From Lepidodermella squamata (lineage: Eukaryota > Animalia > Gastrotricha), in the NCBI GenBank assembly GCA_047495785.1, contig JBLDXI010000074.1, positions 1,488,001-1,552,000 of the forward strand: a stretch of 64,000 nt of DNA, given 5' to 3'. The notes below the pieces were generated by a model, which had not been told where the DNA came from, did no database searches, and saw nothing but the letters and a program-made list of their open reading frames with translations. Of this stretch, positions 25,441 through 37,719 are shown one piece after another. A program made the position numbers and the translations under genes. Numbering within the stretch: position 1 is the stretch's first letter; each line of letters starts with the position of its first letter.

Positions 25441-28400
25441 TCACGCGGTCGCCGGCTGGAACTGCTTCTCGAGCTTCTTCATCTCGCGCCACGTCCACTG
25501 CGCCAGCTGCTTCGTCTTGGTGAGGCGGGCGTGCCGCGCGCGCTTCAGCAGCTCGGCGATGTTGCCGCGGTTCAACAACGGCAGTACGCCGACGCCGAAC
25601 GTCGTCAGCAGGTCGCCGGCGAGGCCGCACGCCGCCTGCACGCACTCATCGGATCGGGTCGACTCGTCGCCGGCCGCGTACGACGCGCCCACAGACTCGA
25701 GCAGCGCCACCATCGAGTCGACGTGCGGCTGCAGCCACACCAGGGCCGGGCTCGTCGGGTCGCCGCGGTCCGCTGGGCCCTTCAGACCTTGCACGATGCC
25801 TAAAACAAAAATGCACAAGATTACTACTTATTTTTGAAATGTAATTGTAATACACAAATAAATGATGTGAATCGATATAAATTTACGTCATTTATGGGCT
25901 GATTAAACGAGCTATACTTGCTATCTATTCCTGAAGTGAATAATTTTCGGATTTTCCGAACTCGCCTCTGCGCGGCACTCTACGTGGCGTGTTTGCGCAA
26001 TCACTCACACTTACACTTGACAACAGACTACCGTCAGATGGGGTGACTTTAGCTGGTGGGGCGACTTTGACATGCCAAAATGGGGTGACTTTAGCATACC
26101 AAAAATCGAAGATGGTAAGGTAAATACCCCATGAGTGGGGTACCGTTGGATAGCCTTGAGGAAATGCAGTCTGAAAATGGCATACGATTTCCATTTTGAT
26201 CAGACGGCTTCAAGTGAGCAATCACCAAAGTTTCAATAAAAATATGAAATTTTGAAATTTTTTCAAATTTTCACCTGCTATTATATGTCCCTAGGTGGGC
26301 TTTATTGATTTCCATTGTACAAAGCCAGGCTGGCCTTTCTTTGGGCTATCCAACGGAACCCCGCTCATGGGGTATTTACCTTACCATCTTCGATTTTTGG
26401 TATGCTAAAGTCACCCCATTTTGGCATGTCAAAGTCGCCCCACCAGCTAAAGTCACCCCATCTGACGGTATTTTTTTGTATTAATTTCAACTATCGAGAT
26501 CAATGGCGACAAAGAGGTAGAGCTGTTGATTCAGGCGCACGCCGCGCTGGTGGGCAAGCCTCTTTGGATCTTCAAACTGGTCCAAAAGCTTGTTCGCTTG
26601 TTCGCCTGACGCTGACGAAGTGTGGCCGAACGTTGTTTGCCTTCGCCGATCACCGAGTCGCCGGCGTGATGGCCATGGACGGCGACGGAGTGGACCATTG
26701 GGAGATTCGCCGGCCCAACACGCCGATTCCGCAGTGGCCGCGGGGTTACCGGCACTCGAAGAAAACGCCGCCTACCTACATCTACGCGAACCTCGCCGAC
26801 CGGTTCGGCGCCATACAACTGCATCAAGTGCTTCTGTACCTGTAACAAAACGTGCTGATTGACTGACGTCAACAGCATCGACACTGCATCGACGTTACGC
26901 CTGCCGCCCGGCACACTTATGCACATATATGCAAATGAGCGCCGTCAGACACGAAAGGATGCTCATAGAAAATTAATATCATTTGTGAATGTAGGTTGTT
27001 TTTTTCGAAATCTGATACGACGTCATGACGTCCGATCACGCGAGTTGCTGTCAGCAAGCTCAACTCGCGGCTTCACCGATGCCAACGTCATCTTATTCAA
27101 ACCTGACTGATAGAGGTTATGATCACGCGAGTGGCGATCAGCCTCACGAACGCGCGGCTTAGCTTCAACGCAGCCAACTTCACCGGCATGTTGGTGGCTT
27201 GTGCTCGCAAGCACCTGCCCGACGCCTACGAGCCGGCCATTCGAAGCTACCTGCTGGCAGGTGGCCCAAGTGTGACCGCCGTCGACGAGCAGATGGTTTC
27301 GTCGGCGACTCCGGCAGCCTTGCGCCTTGTATGTTCATTGTTCTAATAACCACCCAAGATTATGCTGTCTATAACAATTTTTTTAGATCTACCTCGAAGA
27401 CTTTGAGCGATTGAAGTTGGCCGATCGGCCCGACCTCGATGGGGGGCTACTATGTGATATGTGTAGTCAACTTAATTTAACTTGTCTTCAACTTGTGCCT
27501 AATGCTATATAATCTGTGATTCGATTTTTTTACATTCAATTCAATTTCGCCAAATGTTTTCACATACTCTTTACCACACCGAGATAGAGAAAGAGAAAAA
27601 ATTACCAAAAATATTGCTTTTTTATACCTTACATTCTCCTGTTTTTTCTAGCTCAAAGTTGAATTTATCGTTAATAATGGACGCCGGACTCTCAGCAGAA
27701 ATGCTGGCTGACCTTGACTTTTTCTCAAGTAAGTATACTATGAAGGCATCTAATAGCACATGTGTTAACAAAATGTGTTGTGATTTTGCATAGATTTCGG
27801 CTCGCCGGTTGTTACGGCGCCGACTGCCCCGTCAGCTTGGCCAAGCCCGCGAACCAATGCGACTGACATCGCCTTACTTGTGCCGCCGAGTAGGCCGAGT
27901 AGGCCATTGGCTGAGGCTACGATCGTCGCCGACCTCGCCAGTCTAGGCAGGCAGTCAGTCTAATACTATTCAACTGTTCAACTCGTACGAAATTATCAAA
28001 ATTCTATTTTTGTTATAGCCAGAGATGGTCGGTCATAGATGGTGCTGATGTGCCAGACGAAATGGCCGATTTTCACGGTATGAAAAACGAAGAATTGTAA
28101 TCGTCAGTTTTTTCGCCTTCATGTTGTCTCACTTTAGCTATATATCGCTTAACGACGCTTAACGACGAAAACAGCGCCATCACTGCTCCTCAGCCGACCG
28201 CAGTGCCAATCGCCGAGCACGAGCCAAGTCGTTCGTCTACGTTGTCGCCGCGCTGGTCATCCATCTACCGGCCGACGACTGCGATGAGATGTGGCGCGCC
28301 CGTTTTCCCACCCGAGTGGTGTAGTTTTACTTCCGATGCTATGGCTATTTTAGGTCTTATTTTGCAGCACATCTGGGTAGTTTGGGTTTTCTGGGTCGTT

Positions 28401-31400
28401 TTGGGTCGTGCGGTCCTACTACGTTTGGGAGCCGTACGTCACCGACTTCCCGACGATGCTGCTGCCGCCGAGCCAGGTCAGCGACATCATCACGCGTGGC
28501 CTGACGCTGACAATGTCGATGTCGACAACATCGGGTCACCGTTGGGCATCCTCGAGCTTGTGCCTCTGTCGAGGAGTGGGAGTGGGCGCACGAGGACGAG
28601 CGCGAGGTGAACGTCAATGTCGCCGCGGCCATGAAGGCGTTCGAGCCGAAAGACAAGCGCGAGATGGTCGACGACTTGGGCCGGAAAAGGACCGTGTGGC
28701 AGGGCAGCGATGCGCCTACACTTACTGGTTTACTGTTTTTTCGCATGCTTGCTCGATGGCTGCTGCATTCATGTAAATAACCAGCTTTCGTGTAGCTTAA
28801 CTGGTGCTACAGCTTGACTATCCCCCACGATCTCAACGCTTTGGTCGAATCAACCAAAATAGCTACTAGGTATGCGACATGCAAGTTGAGGCTACAAAAT
28901 GAATCACGACATCATTAACATTTTCCGAGATATAAAGAAATTATGCAACCGAAAGGAATCGAACACCTGCCCCATGTGGCTAACTCGACAAGCGCGCGTG
29001 ACTTGAACACATTTTCCAACTACTACTACTACTAGCCTTTGCTACTACTTTATGGAATCGAAAGCTGACGAATACGAGGAGTTGAAATGAACACAGTATG
29101 CACAGCATTTGATGTCAAAACGGTCATGTAACGGTCATAATTTAAAAAGAGAAGCAAAGCAAATTATAGTTGGTTACCTGTGTAAGCTTGCAGGCAGTTT
29201 TCGCGCAGCTCGTTGAGGAAGTCGAGGTCGTTGACGGCGGACGCGGCCGGGTCCTTGTTGGCGGCGGCGGCCGAGTTGGCGCTCGACGCCGACAGCGCCA
29301 CCGCCGTGCCGGCCGCCTGCTGCAGCGCCAGCATCGTCGCTGGTAGGAACGGCTCGAACTTGGTGCCGAGCGAGAGGGCAATGTCGCCCAGCGCCGACAG
29401 CACGTGCGGCTTCACCGACCGGTCGGCGTACGGGTCGCTGAGCAGCGCCATCAGCGCCGCCATTATGTCGTGCGTGTACGGCAGCATCGTCTCGCCCAAC
29501 GCCCGTGTGATGTCGCCGACGAGGCCGATCGCCGCGATGGCGACTTGCGGCGACGACTCACCGCCCTGGTGCTGCTGCGACTGTTGCTGACCATTCGTCG
29601 TTGCGTTCGCTCCAGCAGCATTCGCCGCCTGTGGGTGGATGGCGGCGCTGAGGAACGGCAGCAGCGCCGTCATGTACTTGGCGAACTGCGAGCCCAGCAC
29701 GTCGCACACGCCCGTGATGGCGAAGAACGCGTCCTCGCGCACCGCCGTCGACGTCGGGTTGTTCGCAATCATGCCTAGTTTGCAATACAATGTAGTTTTA
29801 AAAAAATATTCACATTTTTGAAATACGACCTTATCAAAAACGGAACTTGAATTTTTCTATCTCGGTATAAAAAACAGGTATATTTTGCGGCCAACTACGT
29901 AAGTCTAGTAAGAGGAGTAGTATCCACACGGAGAGTTACTATTTTTTCCGCGATGGCGCGAACTTCTTGCAAATGATTTTTCATGAACTGAATTCAGCTT
30001 GATACAATTGAAAGTATTGCACTTCAATTTCTAGAAAACTTCTCCGACGTATCTATAATTTTTAATTTCTTGGGTCCCAAATGGGCGAGAATTTAATTTT
30101 CTGCAGCTTAGTATTAGATAATAATATCTTTTCATATATTTATTATTATATCTATCGCGATCAACGGCGACAAGGAAGTGGAGCTGCTGATTCGGGCACA
30201 AGCAGGTGAGTTGACGCAGGTGGGCAAGCCCCTCTTTGCTACTTCTAAATCATGGTCCAACTAACTGCTTGTTCGCCAGGACCTGACGCTGACGTTGACG
30301 ACGAGCGGCCGATCACTGTTTGCTTTCAACATTACATGCAGATTGCATGCTTCGAAGATGTGGCCCATCGTTGATAAGTTACTCGTATTTGGTGGTCACT
30401 CACCGTGGTTCGGCGATTCACTCCACCACAAGTTGCAAATTTCTTAGCAATTGATTCATTATTTAATTTGTTGTACTAAATTTGCTGGCAATGGCGTCAT
30501 CAGACTCGTTTGGTTCTATTATCTTTCTACAAGGGTCATATCAGGGGCCAGATTCGTTATCTCTCTGATTGCCGGCCTGTCGGTGGCAGAGGAGGCACTC
30601 ACGATCACGTGCTGAATGGCCTCATCGCCCTCTCGCCGTCAACCCTGGGTGCGTGCCTGCCATTCGAATGGTGGCTGAACGTGGCTGATAGCCCGGTTTA
30701 CCGCCTGCTGCTGCAAATTGGGCAGCATATCAAGGTTCGAAACTTCAGCTGCGTTTCGGGCGTCATTCAGACGTACTCGTGGGAGATGTACGTGACGGAC
30801 GTACAGTCGATGCTCCTGCCACCGGGCAAAGTCAGCGCGTACGGGCTCACGCTCGTCCTGATGCGAGCTGACTGCGTCGACATCGTGTCGTCTCTCGGCA
30901 GCCTGCTCGACCTCGTGCCGCTGTCGTGGGTCCGCTACGCCGACAGCGAAGATTGGGATTGGGCGGACGAGGAAGAGCGGGAAGTCAATGTTAATGTGGT
31001 CGCTCAGATGCGCGGCTTCCAGAACAAGGACAAACGAACCATCGTCGCCGGTTTGGTACTACCGCGAGAGGAGTCGTGGCTTAACGTGGAATTTCCTATG
31101 TCCACTATGGATTATCTACCGATTTCAAGCCCACTCATACTTGACAGACTCACCCCGACCAAGAGGCTACGGCATAGTTCGACAAATCATACAGTTGTTA
31201 CTTGTTAGGAACTCTCCATAATCATTGATCCTCTATTCTTTATTACAGCTCAAGTGAGATTCTTAGTGTGAATTCTCTTCTATTTATGCACACAGTTGCA
31301 ACAAATTCGAGATACTCAATCATACGCCGAAGACCCCAAAGAGCAATCACTTTGAGCCGGCTGAATTTCCCTATTTACAACTCAGGCATGCTTTTGGAAT

Positions 31401-33584
31401 AGGTAATCTTCACAAAATTGGCTGATCCCGAATGACTTTACGTAAATTTGTGCTAGCTCCAAGTAACATCTAACAATTTAGATATGAGGTAAAAATTTGT
31501 TCCGTAATAATTTAGCAATACAACATCTATACTTGATGATACTTAGCCATAACAATATTATAGGCTGTGATAAAGTGTAACGAACCTAGAAGAGCCTGCA
31601 TGATGAGGTCGCAGTAGTGCGGGCGGGCGTCGGGCGGCAGGCGCTTGACCACCGACTGCAGCGCGGCGCACAGCTGCGACTGCAGGTCCTCGTACTGCTG
31701 CCGCGCCTCCGCCGACGACAGCGTGTTCTTGTCGACGGCGAGCACCGACCGCAGCCGCTCCAGGATCACGCTCGTCGTCCGGTACACCGTCTGCGCGCAA
31801 TCGTCCGGCGAGTTCTTCACCAGCTCCATCAGCGCCTCGAACGCCGACACGCGCAGGTTCGACTTGCCCGCATCGCCCCCGCCGCCCTGCGTCGCGTCCA
31901 CGCGGTCCGTCGCCGCCAGCAGCTCCGTTACGATGCGCTCGAAGAACGGCGACAGCGGGTACGTCGGGATCACCGCGTTCTCCGCCCGCCCGGCCGTCGC
32001 CAGGTCGAACAACCCCTGCGCCAGCGACGACAGCGCCCACGCCGCGTTCGTCGCCACGCGCGGCTCCATTTTCAGCGCGCCCAGCAGCCCTTCGACCAGG
32101 CCCGGCAACACGGCCGGTCCCGACGCCGCCTCAGCGCACACCTCGCACACGCGGCCCACCGCCCACGCCGCCGTGTCTCGCACCGTCACCGACTGGTCCT
32201 GCAGCAGGTGCACGAGCAGGGGCAGCGCAGGCCCGGCCAGCGTCTTCAACTTCTCCGGGTCCGGGCCCTCGAGGCACGAGCCGAACGCCATGACCGCCGC
32301 GTCTCGGCACCGCCAGTCCGTCGACTGGATGTTCGCCTGCACGAACGGCAGCACGTGGCCCAGGATCTCGTCCGCCACCGTCTGCGCCAGCAGCATCAGA
32401 CACACGCCGGCCGCTTTGTTTGGCGTCCACTCGTCGTCTTCGTCCTCCTCCTCGGTTTCGTCCTGCTGCTTCAGCCGCTCCAGCAGCTGCGGCACGATGT
32501 ACGGCAACGCGCCGCGGGCGTAGTGCATCGACGTACGGTCGGGCGGGCGGTTCTCCTCCTGCGCCTCTTCCCACTCTTGCTGGATCGCCTGCTCCTCTTC
32601 GCAGATCGACGACCAGAACTCGATACCCTGAAGGGCGATGCCGTCATTCGGCGACATCATCGCGTTTCTGCTGATCGGGAACAACGCCGGTGCCATGTAC
32701 GGTTCTAGGTGCTCGTAGTACAGTGATACGATCTTGACCAGGCACTGCAACGCTGCGATTGGCACCTGCGTGTCGCCATTGCACTGAGTCGCGTGGCAAA
32801 TGTGTTCCATCAGGTAGTTGCGCTCATTCGCCTGCTCGAAGTTGGTCGAACAGTACTCCAACGAGTTGAACAACGCACGGACTGCAACGAGTTTCACCGC
32901 CTGTGATCAAATTACACATAGTGAAATGAAAACATATTTAATACTGTCGCAATCTTACCTCATTTTGAGTGTCTCGGTGCATGCAAGACACAATCGCAGT
33001 TAGCAGATGGCCGGAGTAGGCTTGCAACACAGCGCCTTGCTCCATGTCTTGACACATGTAACCAATCGCTTCGAGGGCCGCCTGTTTGAACTCTGGAGGC
33101 GCATCAGCCTTCACCGCCTGACCTGTGATGGCTTCTATCAGCCCAGGCCATGTATTCAACGGCAACTCGATGCATGCTATTTGAGCGACGCATTGCGCTG
33201 CTGAGCTTGGTCGTGTTTGTTCAGTTCCTAGTGAGGCTAGTACGTTTTCTTTGATGACAGCGCGAGAATCGAGCGGGATTGACAGCCAGCGTTGAGATAG
33301 CTGAGCGCGAACCGACGGGTCTTTCGCGTACAATGCGTTCTTCAGCTGAAGACCAGCTTGCATACGCGCTACATTTCCCTGGGATGTGTCACGCAGCACC
33401 AATGACAACTGGCGCATATACTCAGGGAAGTTTTGTTGAGCTGCAGATTCCAAGAATCGCAACGCATTTTGCAGCTCTTGTTGATCTAAAAGAAACAATT
33501 AATCAGCTGAGACAGTGCTCACACACAAATAAACAAACTTGGCGAAGTTGTCTTTTCGAGGATTTGAATCAGGTCAACCTGCAT
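25441..33584 (-). CDS. KPNB1: Importin subunit beta-1 (karyopherin beta-1)
   Basis: Exons 33584-33539 (MQVDLIQILEKTTSP), 33485-32959, 32900-31586, 29774-29178, 25799-25441. Diagnostic motifs: ARMQAGLQLKNAL, SSAAQCVAQIACIELP, LQGIEFWSSICEEE, acidic loop [66 protein letters not shown]. Confidence 0.97.
26031..26468. mobile_element. MITE / non-autonomous Tc1-mariner/pogo-type element in KPNB1 intron 4
   Basis: ~125-bp near-perfect terminal inverted repeats (26031-26155 vs 26344-26468, starting CCGTCAGATGGGGTGACTTTAGC). Flanked by TA on both sides (26029-30 and 26469-70). Internal GGGGTGACTTT subrepeats. No transposase ORF. Confidence 0.88.
26491..28700 (+). pseudogene. Decayed intron-containing gene (copy A), antisense within KPNB1 intron 4
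   Basis: GC-rich coding-like blocks with stops and frameshifts (INGDKEVELLIQA; LTLTKCGRTLFAF; WEPYVTDFPTMLLPP; EWEWAHEDEREVNVNVAAAMKAFEPKDKR), homologous to 30152-31208. Confidence 0.6.
30152..31208 (+). pseudogene. Decayed or partly intact paralog (copy B), antisense within KPNB1 intron 3
   Basis: INGDKEVELLIRA and LTLTLTTSGRSLFAF blocks, plus ORF 30510-31208 with WEMYVTDVQSMLLPP and DWDWADEEEREVNVNVVAQMRGFQNKDKR. Many differences from copy A are synonymous. Confidence 0.6.
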
Positions 33585-33774
33585 CGTCTATCTATTATGT
33601 GCCTACTCGTGACTCGGCTGGTCTAAATAAAAAAAGATGTACATATACAAGAATCTGCGTAAAAGGAACAGTTAAGTTTGCGCTATTGAAGATAAAACTA
33701 AGATAATTCTGCCGACCAAATCGTACTTCCTTCAAAACAAAAAATTTGACAAAGCAATATGAAGCAATAAGAAG

Positions 33775-33815
33775 GAAGTAAAAGCTGAAGTAAAAGCTGA
33801 AGTAAAAGCTGAAGT
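33775..33815. repeat. 12-bp tandem repeat (GAAGTAAAAGCT)x3.4 upstream of the KPNB1 start codon
   Basis: Directly visible perfect repeat. Confidence 0.85.
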
Positions 33816-34249
33816 GGAGAAACCGTTGATGCCAACGGTCAACGGCCAAGAGCTAGAATTCAGGAACAACTTTCAAACGCCGACGTGAGAACAGCCGTTG
33901 GTCGGTCAGTCGTAGTCCCGCCAAGACAGAATCACGCCCGCGGTCACGGACAAACAATTATGACGGGGGGAACCCCCGTTGTAGACGCGGTTTTCGTGTG
34001 TCGGTCTGAAGCTTTATTAATGTGAAAAATGGCCAGCGTTGTAAAGGTCAATATTTAAAGATAAAAACTATTTTGCTATAATTTTATTTTTGTAATTCAG
34101 GCGGTCGAATGAATTTTTTCGAGCGCGCGATTTAAAATCTGGAGCTAATCTTAGTGATTTCTGCTCCCTGGCAACAGGCCAAATCATCAACAGGTGTCGC
34201 TTTTAGTCTCGCTTTTAGTTGCCGCTCTCCACCTCTGAAGATGAATTGC

Positions 34250-34570
34250 AAAATAAGATTATCCTGAAGTTTCTTGATCTCCCAATCCTTTGAAATTTAG
34301 TATCGCACGCCTCTTTTGTATGCAACACTGATCTGATTGTGCCTTCAGACCTCCATATGTACTGCGCTTTACATTACGTGTTCAGACGCGGCTGAGGATA
34401 ATCAACTCATCATGGAGTAAATCTGCTACTGTTATCTGCTACTTGGCTGCATTCCACGGATCCTTTGCGTTCCGAGTTATTGCCTGGTGGAACAATCTTC
34501 CCGGTGATCTATCCCTAGAGTCCTCCTGTATATTCTTTAAAGAAAAACTGAAGTTGTTGTTAAAAAATTA
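34250..34570 (+). mobile_element. Degenerate LINE (CR1/L2/Jockey-like) ORF2 3' fragment
   Basis: Translates in pieces as SFAFRVIAWWNNLPGDL...FFKEKLK, matching the conserved F..RV...WN.LP...FK..L C-terminal motif of these LINEs. Stops and frameshifts upstream. Confidence 0.6.
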
Positions 34571-35261
34571 GCTGAAGTATTTGAAAAAAGAAAACATGAA
34601 TGTTGTTATGATTATTGATAGAATATGAAGTTGTGCCATTCATATCATTATAAAGAAGGTGTAAATCTTGATCTTGGGTGCCTAGCGTCCTCGTGTTCGA
34701 ATTTGTTTACTGTATAAAACTTATTACCGTACTGCCCGGAACAAAAACCATGACATTTGTTTTTTTCAAACGCTGATGAACCCCTGACATTTAAAAGGGA
34801 CTGAAATTTATTCACTGACTGACATTTATTTATTCGAACCAACTAGTAACTTGCCTAGGTACCAAAATGGCATCCATTTTACTGAGATTCTACGTATTTT
34901 GACCCAAAAAATTGGTCCCTGACCTTTCTATGTGCCAAGAGTAAAAAATTATCCCCATTCAGAATGGCTATAATGACCTCATTAGTGATCCTCAGTATAG
35001 TCCCCGCCATTGACCTGACATTTATTTCGGTCCTGACACTTATTATTTTGAACGACCTCTAACCTCTGACATTCATTTGAGGCTGCCATTTATTCGGCTG
35101 GCTTTATTTTCGGGCAGTATGGTATAACATTGGTGCATTATTATCATTTTCGAATAAGAAATAATAAAATGATTGATTGATTGATTGATACAGTGGTTCG
35201 CCTTCAAGTCTTGGCGCGTGTGTAACTAAGCAGAGCACTTAACCCCTACTGCTCCGGCTGG

Positions 35262-35650
35262 GTGACAGCAATACACTCGGTCGTCGATCCTTGTCAAGAT
35301 CACCCAATCATCTCGGTCAGCAGTAACCAAGCGAAACCGCACGACACTCGTCAAAGTCGGTTTGCTGGCAATGGAGCTTGCGGTGTCGCACGGTGCAAAA
35401 GCTCTATGGTGCAAAAGATTGACGCCAACACGGGCAGCAATACCCGTAGATCTGCGACATCCTCTCATAGGGTTAACACCCTATATACGGCTCTGTGATC
35501 CGACATTCTTTGCCTTTCGCCAGCAATAGCCACTAGATAAACACTTGAATGCTTGTGATAAATATGCCTTACCATGTGCTACATTCTTGTCCCAGGGTTA
35601 CAATCATGTAGATGATGCTTGCACGCCAATAAAGTTTAGTTTAGTTTTTG
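35262..35650 (+). mobile_element. Second degenerate LINE 3' end
   Basis: HDTR...RRSATSSHRVNTLYTAL*...LDKHL resembles a decayed H.TR..F..RV...WN.LP..LDK.L motif. It ends in AATAAA followed by a short (GTTTA)n tail at ~35628-35645. Confidence 0.4.
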
Positions 35651-37719
35651 TTGAGTTTTTCAGCTGTGGTCTCAGACATAATTCCCTTGCGGCTTCTCTC
35701 TCTGTGAGATGAGCGATGAGCAGGTCAGGGGCTTAACCGCGCAGATCTACCAGGCCAGTTTAATAGCGTGAACGTTTCGTCTACCAGCTAGCGAAATCCA
35801 ACGCTGGTCTTGAATTGTAGGCTCAAGGGGAAAAGGGTCCGGCATCATGGGTGCCCAAATGCCGGCACACTGTGATATCAATTATAAATTGTTGCAACGC
35901 AAATTGAAAGAATAAAAGATTCTTAAATCAATGACGTTATGCATGTTATAAGTCGAAAATGACTTTCTCAAAGTTTCTCATTCTCCATTTCCCACGGTAT
36001 CTGCACTGCACGGTCCACGGTATCGCCAGTCGCCAATACTCAAGCCTACAAATAAAAATATATTTTAGTCACCCTGGGCTTCTCGATGGACAACTAGCTT
36101 TCATTTATGAAACAAATCGCTGAGGCCAAAAGGCTTGTTAGCTGTAAAGTTGGCTGTAAAACTCCTTGATTGGAGAACAGCGTTAGTGATGGCGAACGGT
36201 TTGGTGTTCACTAAAACTACGGTTATATTACCTTAGGCCAGGCTGTGCCATTCTTGGCTGACTTTAGTCGACGCAAGATGAAGCGGCATCTGCAGTGCCA
36301 TCCAACTCGCGGATCATCCGCTCCCGCATCGCCCGGTTGTGTCAGCGTGCATCAGTAGCATGCAATTCATTTGGCAATTTATGTATGGAAATTAATTTCA
36401 AGTGGTATTAACTTTTCAAACCCAGCACATTTGAGCTTCTAATGCCGCTTCGTTCCCTTCATTTCATGTAAAATCAAGTTATTACAAGCTTCAAGATTTC
36501 ATTTGGCGGTTTACACTAATGCTAAATTTAAATCAGACGATAAGTACCGAATTAAAAATTACACAGCTATTCCTAACCAAGCTATTCCAGCTATTCCAAT
36601 CTTTATTCTTAATCCTTATTCGCGAGAGAATCGCTTCGTCTCTTTATAAGAGAGGAAAGCAGCGCGCCTTTACATTGACAAACAAGTACCAAATGATGAG
36701 TGAGGTAATGTCACAACAACAGCACCTCGGTTAGTGAGCCAAAAAGTTCTGCTATCCTTTGGGGAATCTGTCATCCTTGATGGACTGTCGCAGAGGAATA
36801 CCGCGGAGTTGCTTCGTAAGCCACTCTGAGATTTGAGATTGAAGCTTGATCAGAACATGGAGAGTTTCGAGGTCTCATGCACTTGTTTGACGTTTAACGA
36901 GGCAATAAGAGTAGTGCTATCATCTCAGCTGTTGATTTAAAATGGCTTGATCGGAAAGAATATTTATTGCTATGTATCTCCTGTTTCTAACAGGGGAGGC
37001 GATGGAGGGTTGTTGCTCGTTGTGCTCGCATGTGCATAGTTAAAACAACTAAAATGGGCATCGATGGCGCTCTGTTTCGACCAATTATATTGTGATTCAA
37101 TGCAACTGCGCTCTTATTCTGGCATATTTGCAGATCGTTTTTTTGACGGCCTATTGCCCTTGCGATTCACGACTCATACCGCCGCTACTTGCACTAACCT
37201 TCCAATTGAGTCTTCCAATTGGATTCAAGTTATTTTGGGTAGAGACCAGACAAGTTTGCAGTCAGGTTCAAGTGAGGAGCTCAACTCGACTCGACTCTAA
37301 CAGTGTACTCAACAGTGTTCACCGAGCACTGGACGAACCACAAATGAGCCCAACTTCTCTTATTTTCTTTGCCCTTATTATCTATACACTACTCTCTCAA
37401 CTGCTCTCTCGCAGACCCTGGATCCTGGATGCATAGATCGAATTGATAGATTCCATAGATAGTCGCCCTCCCGATAACATCAACCCACACAACCACTGAC
37501 CGCGTTAGGTTCCCCCCGTCACGAACTCCGCCAACCGCAGGGTGGAGGTCGTCGAAATTTTTATGAAATAATTATTTACTGCTCGAAAAATGATTATCAA
37601 ATAAATTTATAACTAAAACTCCAATTATCAAGATTTATAAAAATGACAAAAACGAATGAACGATGGCGCCAAATTTGATTTACGTCGCAAAAAAATGAGG
37701 AGCTTAATCCTACCGCTTT

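Noticed and set aside
31558-32708. Long antisense and alternate-frame ORFs over KPNB1 exon 3
   Set aside because: Same GC-bias artefact.
36700-37150. Possible LINE endonuclease remnant (RGGDGGLLLV..., LILAYLQ)
   Set aside because: Too degraded to support as a feature without a profile search.
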